This document shows, in pieces, positions 8,678 to 18,196 of a stretch of DNA of 32,000 nt. Location of the stretch: positions 7,260,001-7,292,000 of the forward strand of contig NC_008312.1 of the NCBI RefSeq assembly GCF_000014265.1, read 5' to 3'. The notes under the pieces are model-generated. The model worked only from the letters and a program-made list of their open reading frames with translations, had not been told where the DNA came from and searched no databases. A program made the translations under genes and the position numbers. The stretch's first letter is position 1. Each line of letters begins with the position of its first letter. The DNA is from Trichodesmium erythraeum IMS101 (GTDB lineage Bacteria; Cyanobacteriota; Cyanobacteriia; Cyanobacteriales; Microcoleaceae).

Positions 8678-9645
8678 ATGTCAGGAGTAGTAAAAATTGA
8701 GATAAATGAATCGGTAGAAACTCTCAAAAAACTTTTAAAAAGTGCGAGTACAGCTCAAGAAAAGGAAAGACTTCAAACTATTTACTGGTTGAAAACTCAA
8801 ACAGTAGAAACAGTAAAAGAAATTGCGATAATGTTAGGACGCAATCGAGTCACAGTACAAAAATGGTTAGGGAAATATCGTACAGGTGGACTGAATCTTT
8901 TACTAGAACCAAAGAAAAATCTAGGAGGGAGGCCAAGTTCAATTCCACCAAATGTAATCGAGAAATTAGAAGCAGAATTGCAAAACCCGGAAGGTTTCCA
9001 AAGCTATGGTGAAATTCAACAGTGGTTAACGACTTGTTTTGACATCGAGCTGTCTTATCGAACAGTTCATCAATTAGTCAGATTTAAATTAAAAAGTAAA
9101 TTAAAAGTTCCACGTCCAAATCACATAAAACAAAATAAAGAAGCTCAAGAAAACTTTAAAAAAAACTCTCATCTCAACTAGAAGAGAAAATTAAGTTAAT
9201 TAATAAATATTCGGAAAATCAACTGCCAATTCGCTATTGGTGTCAAGACGAGACTAGAATTGGATTAAAAACTATAACAGGTAAAGTCATTACTGCTTGC
9301 GGTGTTAAGCCCATTGGTTTATATCAATGGCTATTTAAATATCTATGGCTTTATGGTTTAGTAGAACCAAAAACAGGAGATTCCTTTTTTTATGAATTTA
9401 GTCATCTAGATACTCCTTGCTTTGAAAGATTTTTAGAGCTTTTTTCTCAAACATATCCTGAAGAGATTCATATTATTCAACTAGATAACGGGCGAGGGCA
9501 TCTAGGGAATGATTTATCTATCCCTGATCACATCATTTTATTATTTCAACCTCCTTATTGTCCCGAAGTTAATCCCATTGAAAGACTGTGGAAAGAGGTG
9601 AAAAAATTCTTGAAAAATCGAGTTTTCGATTCCTTAGATTTCTGA
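8678..9645 (+). CDS. IS630-family transposase, orfA (8678-9181) plus DDE domain in the -1 frame (open from 9160 to TGA 9643-9645)
   Basis: orfA is a 167-aa HTH region. The -1 frame reads ..LEEKIKLINKYSENQLPIRYWCQDETRIGLK...IIQLDNGRGH...FQPPYCPEVNPIERLWKEVKK, which supplies the D, D, E residues. The frames overlap at the A8 run. After the TGA the same frame stays open for 34 more codons (RRILRNILTGFSQKDIASCTGYDFILEAL..). Confidence 0.75.
9158..9166 (+). promoter_or_regulatory. A-run slippery site (A AAA AAC within TTTAAAAAAAAC), candidate programmed -1 ribosomal frameshift of the IS630 transposase
   Basis: orfA (codon starts at positions 2 mod 3) stops at 9179-9181. The DDE frame (1 mod 3) is closed by a TAA at 9157-9159 and opens exactly at 9160, so only a shift within this run can fuse the two halves. 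Confidence 0.5.
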
Positions 9646-10270
9646 CGCAGAATCCTGAGAAATATATTAACTGGATTTAGTCAAAAAGATATTGCTTCTT
9701 GTACAGGATATGATTTTATTCTTGAAGCATTATGTGTAGTCGGACTTTAGGAAATTGGTATTAGGACACAATGGGGTCACAGTACAAAAATGGTTAAGTA
9801 TATAATATAGTGATTTACTAAAGTAAATTAAAATCCTGCGTCCAAAGCCTCACGGGATGAAAAGGGAGTTAAAAGCCATATTTAGAAGGGAATTTGCCTT
9901 CGGGGACTGAAGAATATTTCAATAAAAAAAACGCTTATTGAGAAATATTGGGGTGTAGTGCGTTCAAAGAGCGAACCAACTACATCCCCTAATTGTATTT
10001 AATTATTATTCAAGCTGTATCAGAGAATAATATTATGAAAAAATTCACATTAATTAATTGATTTTTAATTAAAAATTACTGTCTAATTAACCACTGTATT
10101 TATCCCTTTGACTCCCCTTCAATAATATAGTAATTAATGAGGATTAAGGCTCGTAAAATTTTCTACTAATTTTCAGATAAAATAATCATTTCTTGCCCAA
10201 TAAATCCTAGATAATCCTACAAAAAAAAACTACTGTATCTTCTTTCTTTTCTACTTTTTTCATTAGTTTA

Positions 10271-10397
10271 GGAATTTTTGTACCTAAAAGCCAGAGAGGA
10301 TTTAAAATAGATATACTTACTCAAGATAAGCAAGAAACAAAATAAATATAGCCAATCAGTAAATATATAAATTATTTTGTCCATACAGATATAATAA
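10271..10397. repeat. 127-bp dispersed repeat, copy 1 (inside the IS4-like element, just downstream of its transposase stop)
   Basis: GGAATTTTTGTACCTAAAAGCCAGAGAGGATTT.AAATAGATATACTTACTCAAGATAAGCAAGAAACAAAA.AAATATAGCCAATCAGTAAATATATAAATTATTTTGTCCATACAGATATAATAA is shared with 12411-12537, with 2 differences seen. Confidence 0.85.
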
Positions 10398-10408
10398 ATT
10401 GATATATA

Positions 10409-11391
10409 TTATTGAACCCCTTTATTTTTATTTTTTTGGACTTGAAATGATCTAAGTGTGTATGAAATAGCTATTAATAAAATTAAATTATTCAATCTCG
10501 TTTCATTGGCCTTGAGTGATTCTAAATTGTAACCACCAGTTTTATAGTCTTTAAACATTGTTTTAATTTCCATTCTCTGACTATATATTTTTTTTAATCT
10601 TTCCGGTAGATGATAAATTGGTAAGAATATACCATTTTTATGATAAATTGGTAAGAATATACCATTTTTATACAACAGATTTTTGACGATATTTCTGTTT
10701 TTTATACACGAGTAAATTATATGTTCCTACCTTCAAAATTTTGGGGAATATATAGTTCAATAACAGTTTAGTTTCACCGACATTTACTTTTAATTCTGAG
10801 AGTTGACAATATTTTGTACCTGGTTTAATCATCGTCGATTTTTTTTTTCTCAAAACAAAATATATATCTTGCTTCTGATATTGTTTAAACCAGTGAGATA
10901 GAAAATACTATGGAACTCTCTATCTGCTATCAGAATAATTGTCTGGCCTTTTAATAATCTTATAACTGGACAAATTACTGCTTTTTGTTAGGTTAAATTA
11001 CTAGCTCATTTATGAGTTAAAATTTTCTAATGTATAGGTAAAGCCCTCTTTTTCCAAGCTAAAGTAATCATTAATATATTAGTATTTTGCCACTGAGTTA
11101 TATCTAAAATTAATACTAATTCTGAGGGAAAAATAAATAAATTTTCTCTTGTTTTTTTTACTAAAGGAAAACAAAATAAAGCCAGGATAAACTATTTTAA
11201 ATTTAAAAATATTTGTCTATTTTTTTTCGTTTATTTTCTAATTTTATTAGTAGTAGAAAATAATTACTTAATTTTGATATTTGTACATTTTTATGTACTG
11301 GCATTAAATATAATAATATTTGTAATGTTACTACTTGAGATGGACTCATTCTTGGCTTAATATAGTATCTATAAAAGCCTAATATATTCAC
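10409..11391 (-). pseudogene. Decayed IS4-family DDE transposase of the 9849-11630 element
   Basis: Three ORF fragments (11391-11203, 10853-10668, 10675-10409). The C-terminal YSQRMEIKTMFKDYK fits the IS4 Y-(2)-R-(3)-E-(6)-K signature with E replaced by K. The N-terminal KLSNYFLLLIKLENKRKKIDKYF resembles the ..FP.PI.FESRR..IQRF motif. It also contains a perfect 30-bp tandem duplication. Confidence 0.6.
10611..10670. repeat. Perfect 30-bp tandem duplication (2 units) inside the decayed IS4-like transposase
   Basis: TGATAAATTGGTAAGAATATACCATTTTTA occurs twice (10611-10640 and 10641-10670), giving the in-frame repeat KNGIFLPIYH x2. Confidence 0.9.
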
Positions 11392-12410
11392 TTTTATTGA
11401 TTTTTATTTGTAATTACTAAACCTTTTTTATCATATTTTTAACTATTTCCAAAACTTTTTAAATGAATAAATTATAAACTCAAAGTGGGAGGTGTAGTGC
11501 GAGGGCAGAACCCTGGCGCTAAACCCCAACATTTCTCAATAATAGTTTTCTTTTAATTAAATTATTCCTCAGTCCCCGAAGGCAAATCTATTTCTATATA
11601 TAGCTTTCAACTAGCTTGTCGCCCCGTGAGGTCCAAAGCATATAAAACAAGATAAAGGAGCTAAAGAAAACTTAAAAAAAACTGTCATCTCAAATAGAAG
11701 AGAAAATTAATTTAATTAATTAATTAATATTATTTTCCAATAATGTTCCAGAAAAATTAAAACAGAAGCGACCCATTCCCTATTGGTGTGAAGATTAAAC
11801 TAGAATTGGATTAAAACTATAACAGTTAATAAAATCATAAAGCCCTTATGGAGTAAAACCAATAGGACTCTATCAATGGTTATTTTACCCATCCCTAATG
11901 CTCCTTTCCTACCGAGGCGATAGGGGTAGATGTAGTGTAGTTGAACCCAAAATAGGATACTCCTTTTTTGATGAATTTAGTCATATAGATAACCCTTGAT
12001 TTGAAATATTTTTGAGAGCTTTTTGCAGAGAAATATCCTCTATAAAATCATATAATTTAGTTAGATAATTGATCAGTAGCACATCAAGGTTAAATTTCCT
12101 CTATTTGTGAGCAAATAATTTTATTATTTCAACTTCCTTATTGTTCTCAATTTAATCAAGCATAAAAGTTGTGAAAAGAAGTGAAAAATGGGAGGGAAAA
12201 TCACATTTTTGATTCATTTTATTTCTTAAGAATAATCGTAACAAATATATTAGGTAGATTTAGTTAAAAAGATATCGCTTCTGTAACCAGGTATAATTTT
12301 CGACACATAGCATTATGTGTAGTTAGATTTTAGGAAATTGGTATAAAATATCTGCTAAGGTAGCAGCACAAATGTGAAAATTTATTCCACCAAGGAACTA
12401 AGGTTCGGTA

Positions 12411-12537
12411 GGAATTTTTGTACCTAAAAGCCAGAGAGGATTTCAAATAGATATACTTACTCAAGATAAGCAAGAAACAAAACAAATATAGCCAATCAGT
12501 AAATATATAAATTATTTTGTCCATACAGATATAATAA
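12411..12537. repeat. 127-bp dispersed repeat, copy 2 (66 bp beyond the end of decayed IS630 copy 3)
   Basis: Near-identical to 10271-10397. A weaker third partial match lies at about 12718-12760 (GCGAATCAGTAAATATACAAGTTATTTTGTCTATC). Confidence 0.85.
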
Positions 12538-13366
12538 TAAGAATAATATATCCAATCAAAATACCAAAAAATGAATATTCTAGACGGACTAGACGATTTT
12601 ATAAATCAAACATGCATAGTCAAAATAAATAAAAAGATCCAAGACATGTCAAAATGATTTTGTCGGGAAAATCCTACTATCGAGTTAAAGAATTATTAAA
12701 TGTTTCTCACATATATAGCGAATATAGCGAATCAGTAAATATACAAGTTATTTTGTCTATCTCAGTAGATGAGTCGAGTTATTCGTAAAATAGTAAGGTC
12801 GATTTGCGCACTGTGAGAACCAGTTGATAGCTTGCTTCTGGGTTTTTTTTAAGATTTTTTATCAAAAATTTATTTATACTTACTTAATACTTATTTAAAC
12901 AGTTAACTAGCTATCAGTTTTTAGTATTCAATTATTATCTTAGTGGCTCTGGGTTAAAATCTCCAGTTTTTATTTATAAACTGGATGCTTTAGGAGGAGT
13001 TTAAATCCTCTTAGTTTATTTTAAATCATAAAACATCCTTTACCTGATTGCTTATAGTTTCTTTTAAAACTTTAATATTTTATAATGATTTAGGATTGCT
13101 ATATAAGCTAAAATAACAAAAATATAGCTTACTAAGCAGGAATTTAATAGCAATTATTAGCAATAATAATTGCTGATACATATTTTACTAATAAATTATG
13201 GAAACAATGGTTAAATTCTAAGGCTGTGTGGCAACTGTAAACCAATCAAAATAGCAAAATAAAAAATGAATAACTACTTATTAATTAAAATAAATTGATG
13301 AGCCAGAATACCTAATTATTAGTTGTAAACCCTAATTTCCTGCCTGACAAGGGAAAAGTATAATTA

Positions 13367-14410
13367 ATGCAATATTCAAATCAAAACCCCAAAATAAAAA
13401 CACAAAAAATACTAACTTCAACAATAGAAAAAAGTCATTTATATACAGAAGAAAAATTAGAATCATTACCTTTACAAAGACCTTTGTTATTGATAGGTCA
13501 TGGCACAAGAGATTCTCAAGGAAAAGAAACTTTCTTAGACTTTGTTGCAGCTTATCAAAATTTAGATAAATCTCGACCTGTAATACCTTGTTTTTTGGAA
13601 TTAACAAAACCTACTATTCAAGAGGGAGTAGATAAATGTGTAGAACAAGGTTACACAGAATTATCTGCTCTACCAATTTTGTTATTTGCAGCTCGCCACA
13701 ATAAATTTGATATTACTAATGAACTAGACCGAGCAAGGCAAAGACATCCTCAAGTAAAATTCTATTATGGGCGACATTTTGGCATTACTCCAAAGATTAT
13801 AGAATTGTGGCGATCGCGTCTCAAAGAATTAGATAAAACTAACTTTAACTCTTCTGAAACTGTTTTATTATTTGTTGGGCGAGGTTCCAGTGACCCTGAT
13901 GCTAATGGAGATGTTTATAAATTAGCTCGAATGTTATGGGAAGGCAGTGGTTATCTAACAGTTGAAACCTGTTTTATTGGCATTACTCATCCCCGTTTAG
14001 AAGAAGGTTTTCGGCGAGCAAGATTATATCAACCGAAGCGAATTATGGTTTTACCATACTTTTTATTTACTGGAGTTTTGGTTAAGAAAATATTTGATAT
14101 TACCGCTCAACAGCAAGAACAATATCCAGATATTTCTATGACTTGTTTACCAGAAATAGGAGCCCATCCAACATTATTAGAATTATTGCGAGAACGGGAA
14201 ATAGAGACACAATTAGGAGAAGTAAAAATGAATTGTGAAATGTGTAAGTTTAGGTTAGTTACTGTTACTAATAGGGAACATTCTCACGGTCATTCTCACC
14301 ATTATCATGACCATTCTCACTCACTCAATATTCCCGAACATAGTCATTCTGTGGTTGACCCATACGCTGAACCAGAAAAATATCACCAACGTATTTGGCA
14401 AGTTCCTTAA
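13367..14410 (+). CDS. cbiX: Sirohydrochlorin chelatase, long CbiX/SirB type with Fe-S motif and His-rich tail
   Basis: Two chelatase halves ([13 protein letters not shown].. and [16 protein letters not shown]..). The C-terminal MNCEMCKF matches the MxCxxC motif known from long CbiX. The tail is [24 protein letters not shown]. Confidence 0.85.
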   Translation: MQYSNQNPKIKTQKILTSTIEKSHLYTEEKLESLPLQRPLLLIGHGTRDSQGKETFLDFVAAYQNLDKSRPVIPCFLELTKPTIQEGVDKCVEQGYTELSALPILLFAARHNKFDITNELDRARQRHPQVKFYYGRHFGITPKIIELWRSRLKELDKTNFNSSETVLLFVGRGSSDPDANGDVYKLARMLWEGSGYLTVETCFIGITHPRLEEGFRRARLYQPKRIMVLPYFLFTGVLVKKIFDITAQQQEQYPDISMTCLPEIGAHPTLLELLREREIETQLGEVKMNCEMCKFRLVTVTNREHSHGHSHHYHDHSHSLNIPEHSHSVVDPYAEPEKYHQRIWQVP

Positions 14411-14991
14411 AAAACATAGGGCATTTAATATTAGTAAGCTACATTTATAGCAGACAATATGTTTGTAATATAAAGACTTTGTTACTAATATTTGGACTCT
14501 AAATACCTTGCAAACTCTTATATTTAGGGTTTGCTTTCTAAGTATTTTTCAGGAGTAGAAAAGAAGGGCAATGGGGGAATAGTGCTCTTTCAATCTTTAA
14601 TTGAGGATAAAATAAATTCTCAAAGCACTAATTAACTAGGTTTTCAAATTTTATTAACCTGTCATTTTTTTTTATTTACAGACCAGTAAGTAGAAAGGTT
14701 ATATGCAATTTCCCTAAAGACTAAAGTCGAATTATAGAGGAGATAGTCGAATGTATTTGTTCCTTAGTATCTTCCGAAATTATTCTGCTCAAAATGCTAA
14801 CCTATGTGAGGGTTTTGGAGTTAATACCAGGGACTTTTTAAACGCTTAAAAAGCCTAAGCATTAATATTAGTCAATGCTTTGATATTTAATCAGCAAGCC
14901 CCCCAGTAGTATTTGCAAAAAAAATTGGAGAGGGTTAGGGTTAAGAGTAATTTTTCTATAGGTAATAATTACAAATATCAGGATAAAGTAG

Positions 14992-15236
14992 AGGGTAAGC
15001 TCATCTAAAATTTTATTGACAAATCAATATTTTTATGACCTGCTTGCAATACAAGCTTTTAAATGCAATACAAGCTTTTAAAGGAATTATAAATATAACA
15101 TAATTTTCATATCATTGGTTTTCGTGGCTTAACAATTAGAATATATTTTTGTTACTAAGTTCATCTAAAAATCTTTCAGGAAAAAATTATCAGAAAAGAT
15201 ACTATTTTTCAATGGTTGTTAAGATGATCTGACTCT
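14992..15236 (+). mobile_element. MITE-like repeat, copy A (about 245 bp)
   Basis: Shares its full length with 23777-24009, roughly three-quarters identical by eye. The left end is AGGGTAAGCTCATCTAAAATTTTATTGACAAAT. The reverse complement of the right end is AGAGTCAGATCATCTTAACAACCATTGAAAAAT. It carries an extra 19-bp tandem duplication at 15045-15082. Confidence 0.6.
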
Positions 15237-15613
15237 ATGTAAAATAGATCGTTATCAACTAAAAACAAAAGTTAAAGTACTACTTCCAGTTAACATTACA
15301 AAACTTCTGCTTTTTACCTCCAATATAAGTGCTTAAGAGCTAAAAATATTTGTATTTTTGATCATGAAAACTGCTATATCATTTCATTTGAGCTCTACTT
15401 AAGTAGTATCACTGAGGTTAATAAAGTTGCTGTAATAAAGAAAGTACATTTAGGTCAGTTTTTAGTGTTGGACTATCCGCATGCTACAATTTAATTATAA
15501 TATATATTTTAGAAAAAATAACTAAAAATTTACTCGCTTATGGGCGATGTTTTAGACTAACTTTTTTGGTAAAATGTATTGTTGTTAATACTAAATAGTA
15601 GATTAGTAAAAAA

Positions 15614-16594
15614 ATGGATATTAAACCAGGCTTTATTGGTACAGTTGGTAATACACCATTAATTAGATTAAATAGTTTCAGTGAAGAAACTGGATGTGAA
15701 ATTTTAGGCAAAGCAGAATTTCTTAATCCAGGGGGTTCGGTAAAAGATAGAGCAGCACTTTATATTATTAAAGATGCAGAAGAAAAAGGTTTATTAAAAC
15801 CTGGTGGAACAGTTGTCGAAGGAACTGCTGGTAATACAGGAATAGGTTTGGCGCATATTTGTAATGCGAAAGGTTATAAGTGTTTAATTGTTATTCCCGA
15901 AACTCAATCTGTTGAAAAAATGGATGCTTTGAGAACTTTAGGTGCAGAAGTTAAACCTGTTCCAGCAGTTCCCTATAAAAACCCAAATAACTATGTAAAA
16001 ATGTCAGGTAAATTAGCATCAACAATAGAAAATGCTATTTGGGCAAATCAGTTTGATAATTTGGCAAATAGAATCGCTCATTATGAAACAACCGGACCGG
16101 AAATTTGGGAACAAACTGATGGAAAAGTAGATGCTTGGGTGGCTGCTACTGGTACGGGTGGAACTTTTGCTGGTGTGTCATTATTTTTAAAAGAAAAAAA
16201 TCCGCAAATTAAAACTGTTTTAGCAGACCCCATGGGAAGTGGTCTTTATAGTTATGTGAAAACTGGAGAAATTTCTAGTGAGGGTAATTCTATTACTGAG
16301 GGTATTGGTAATAGTCGAATAACTAAAAATATGGAAAATGTTATGATTGATGATGCGATTCGAGTTGATGATAAAGAGGCGGTAAGAGTAGTTTATCAAC
16401 TATTAAGAAAAGACGGTTTATTTATGGGTGGTTCTGTAGGAATTAATGTTGGTGCAGCAGTAGCTTTAGCAAAACAAATGGGTCCTGGTCATACTATTGT
16501 TACTGTGTTATGTGATAGTGGAACTCGTTATCAATCAAAATTATTTAATCGTGAGTGGTTAGCTACTAAAAATTTATTGCCAGATGAAAGATAA
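15614..16594 (+). CDS. PLP-dependent cysteine synthase / cystathionine beta-synthase family protein
   Basis: 326 aa with GNTPLIRLN, the PLP-lysine motif NPGGSVKDRAA, the glycine loop EGTAGNTGIGLA, GTGGTFAG, and LCDSGTRY near the C-terminus. Confidence 0.9.
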   Translation: MDIKPGFIGTVGNTPLIRLNSFSEETGCEILGKAEFLNPGGSVKDRAALYIIKDAEEKGLLKPGGTVVEGTAGNTGIGLAHICNAKGYKCLIVIPETQSVEKMDALRTLGAEVKPVPAVPYKNPNNYVKMSGKLASTIENAIWANQFDNLANRIAHYETTGPEIWEQTDGKVDAWVAATGTGGTFAGVSLFLKEKNPQIKTVLADPMGSGLYSYVKTGEISSEGNSITEGIGNSRITKNMENVMIDDAIRVDDKEAVRVVYQLLRKDGLFMGGSVGINVGAAVALAKQMGPGHTIVTVLCDSGTRYQSKLFNREWLATKNLLPDER

Positions 16595-16606
16595 TTTTGA
16601 GAATTT

Positions 16607-16858
16607 ATGATGGAAAATAGTCAGGTCAAGAGACTTTTATTAGTCTGTCAAAGTCGTACTTGTCGTAAGCAAGGTTCAGCAAAAGTATTAGCTAATTTTC
16701 AGAAATTTGATATGCCTAATATTACTATTAAGAAAAGTGGATGTTTGGGAAAATGTGGCAATGGTCCAATGATTTTAGTTTTGCCAGAAGAAGTTTGGTA
16801 TAGTCATGTTGAACTTCAAAATATTTCAGTAATTATGGAAAAACATTTGCTTGATTGA
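16607..16858 (+). CDS. Thioredoxin-like [2Fe-2S] ferredoxin (NuoE-fold small ferredoxin)
   Basis: 83 aa with four Cys as C14-x4-C19 ... C46-x3-C50 (CQSRTC ... GCLGKCGNGP). It starts 12 nt after the upstream stop and is probably co-transcribed. Confidence 0.75.
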   Translation: MMENSQVKRLLLVCQSRTCRKQGSAKVLANFQKFDMPNITIKKSGCLGKCGNGPMILVLPEEVWYSHVELQNISVIMEKHLLD

Positions 16859-17153
16859 TTCCAGGTTAAAGAAATACTTGATTATGAGTTAAACTGGGTT
16901 AAGTAGTAATTAAATTATAGATAAATAGTACTTTAAAAAGGAGGGTTAGACAAGTACTTTAAATTCTGTATTAACACCTGGATGAAATTCTTTTCTCTAT
17001 TTTTAATAGTATTAGTTTGGGGATGGCGATCGCTTCTACAAAAAAATTATAGTTAAATAAATTAGGGTAATAAATTAACAATCTCAATAATTTAATAAAC
17101 AGTGTATTCTCTCTCATTAAAATCTGAATGAAACTTTTGAAAAAACCATAGAA

Positions 17154-18023
17154 ATGGTTAAACAAAGAATAATTGAAACTTGAGATAAACCCTATGTTAC
17201 TGTTGCCAGATAATTAGAAGTTATTAATGAATTAGCAGATTTTCTTTTCGGGAAATTTTTATTACAAAATCGTGGTTTAAATGGCTATTGGACAGATTAT
17301 GTAATGGAACATTAGTATCAAGGAATAGTTACTGGTATAGATACAGAGGGTATTAGTTTAACGAAACTTGAAAAGTTTGTTTTGGATAAAAATTCTATGG
17401 CTCTTGTGACACAAAAAAAATATTTCAATTTCGGTAAAGTTATTCATAATTATTTGTAAGAAGATATAATTTTTGCTTCCTTACCTTGTGATGTAATGAG
17501 AGATTTGTTGAAGTTGAATTTTACGGGAATAGAAAATTTTCGCTTAGTAGGAATTGATATTGACTCTGAAAGTTTAGAATTGGTAAAAAAATTAGCTGAG
17601 GAATATGGGTTATCTGAAAAAATATAATTTCATCAGAAAGATGCTTTTAAGTTGACTTTTAAAGATGAATTTACACTATTAACTAGCAATGGTTTAAATG
17701 TTTATGAACCAGATGATGAAAAAATAAGGGAGTTATATCAGCAGTTTTTTAAAGTATTAATTCCAGGAGGTATATTGGTTACTAGCTTTTTCACCCCATA
17801 CCCAAATATTGACCCCAATTCCGAATGGGATATGAGTCAGATTAATTCAAAAGGTTTATTACTTTCAAAGATTATAATGTTTGATATATTAGATATTAAA
17901 TTTGTGGCATTTAGAAGTTCATTAATTACAAAATTACAACTAAAAACTGCTGGTTTTAATGAGATAATTTTTTTTTATAATGCCAAAGTTTACCCAACAG
18001 TAGTGGCGGGTAAACCTAAATAG
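17154..18023 (+). pseudogene. Class I SAM-dependent methyltransferase pseudogene (five in-frame stops, no frameshift)
   Basis: A single frame runs from ATG 17154 to the stop at 18021. It is interrupted by TGA 17181, TAA 17211, TAG 17313, TAA 17457 and TAA 17625. Motifs seen: SLPCDVMRDLL, LVGIDIDSESLELVKKLA, FHQKDAF, LLTSNGLNVYEPDD, LIPGGILVTSF. Confidence 0.75.
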
Positions 18024-18196
18024 GCTATGGTGAAGCTATTAATTAATTTGATATATATTCATTAGTTAATAAATAACATTCAGCCTTCAGCTATCAGCTA
18101 TTGCTTTATTTGATTTTCAGAACTTAGCCCTCAGCTATTAACTAACCTCTGGCTGAGAAAGTACCCAATTCAGCATTCTAAATTATCAGTTATCAA

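Larger units (their letters stand above)
8618..9761 (+). mobile_element. IS630-family insertion sequence, copy 2 (1144 bp), inserted into decayed copy 3
   Basis: Same TIRs as copy 1, with TA duplication at 8616-8617 and 9762-9763. The joined flanks ..TTGATTATGT-TA-GGACACAATGGGGTCACAGTACAAAAATGG align with the orfA sequence ATTGCGATAATGTTAGGACGCAATCGAGTCACAGTACAAAAATGG. It therefore landed in an older relative of itself. Confidence 0.9.
9849..11630 (-). mobile_element. IS4-family-like element (1782 bp) with about 130-bp imperfect TIRs and a 9-bp target duplication
   Basis: GTCCAAAGC is present at 9840-9848 and 11631-11639. The ends are CTCACGGGATGAAAAGG...TTTGCCTTCGGGGACTGAAGAA...TTGAGAAATATTGGGGTGTAGTGCG (left) and the reverse complement of 11480-11630, CTCACGGGGCGACAAG...TTTGCCTTCGGGGACTGAGGAA...TTGAGAAATGTTGGGGTTTAGCGCC (right). 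Removing the element restores continuity of decayed IS630 copy 3. Confidence 0.7.
8531..12344 (+). pseudogene. Decayed IS630-family copy 3, 5'-truncated, internally deleted, and split by two later insertions (pieces 8531-8617, 9762-9848, 11640-12344)
   Basis: The pieces align colinearly with the intact copy. CAAGAAAAGGAAATACTTCAAGTTATTTACTGG matches orfA. GTCCAAAGCATATAAAACAAGATAAAGGAGC..CTTAAAAAAAACTGTCATCTCAAATAGAAGAG matches the frameshift region. The terminal ..CATTATGTGTAGTTAGATTTTAGGAAATTGGTAT matches the right TIR. There are many stops. Confidence 0.7.

Noticed and set aside
12570-12790. Possible N-terminal transposase HTH fragment (..ILSGKSYYRVKELLNVSH..)
   Set aside because: It is too short and broken to assign to a family. 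It probably belongs to the surrounding IS debris, but I cannot support a specific call.
13100-13366. Possible cobalamin riboswitch upstream of cbiX, and likewise in the 22080-22360 block
   Set aside because: I found no B12-box-like (AGYCMGGNGACCKGCC) or GCCACTG core elements in the correct order in either place.
13332-13607. Minus-strand ORF 13332-13607 (91 aa)
   Set aside because: It is antisense to the start of cbiX. Its hydrophobic, low-complexity translation is typical of AT-rich antisense frames.
16971-17165. Minus-strand ORF 16971-17165 (64 aa)
   Set aside because: It is an AT-rich intergenic ORF with a low-complexity translation that abuts the methyltransferase pseudogene start. Nothing supports it.
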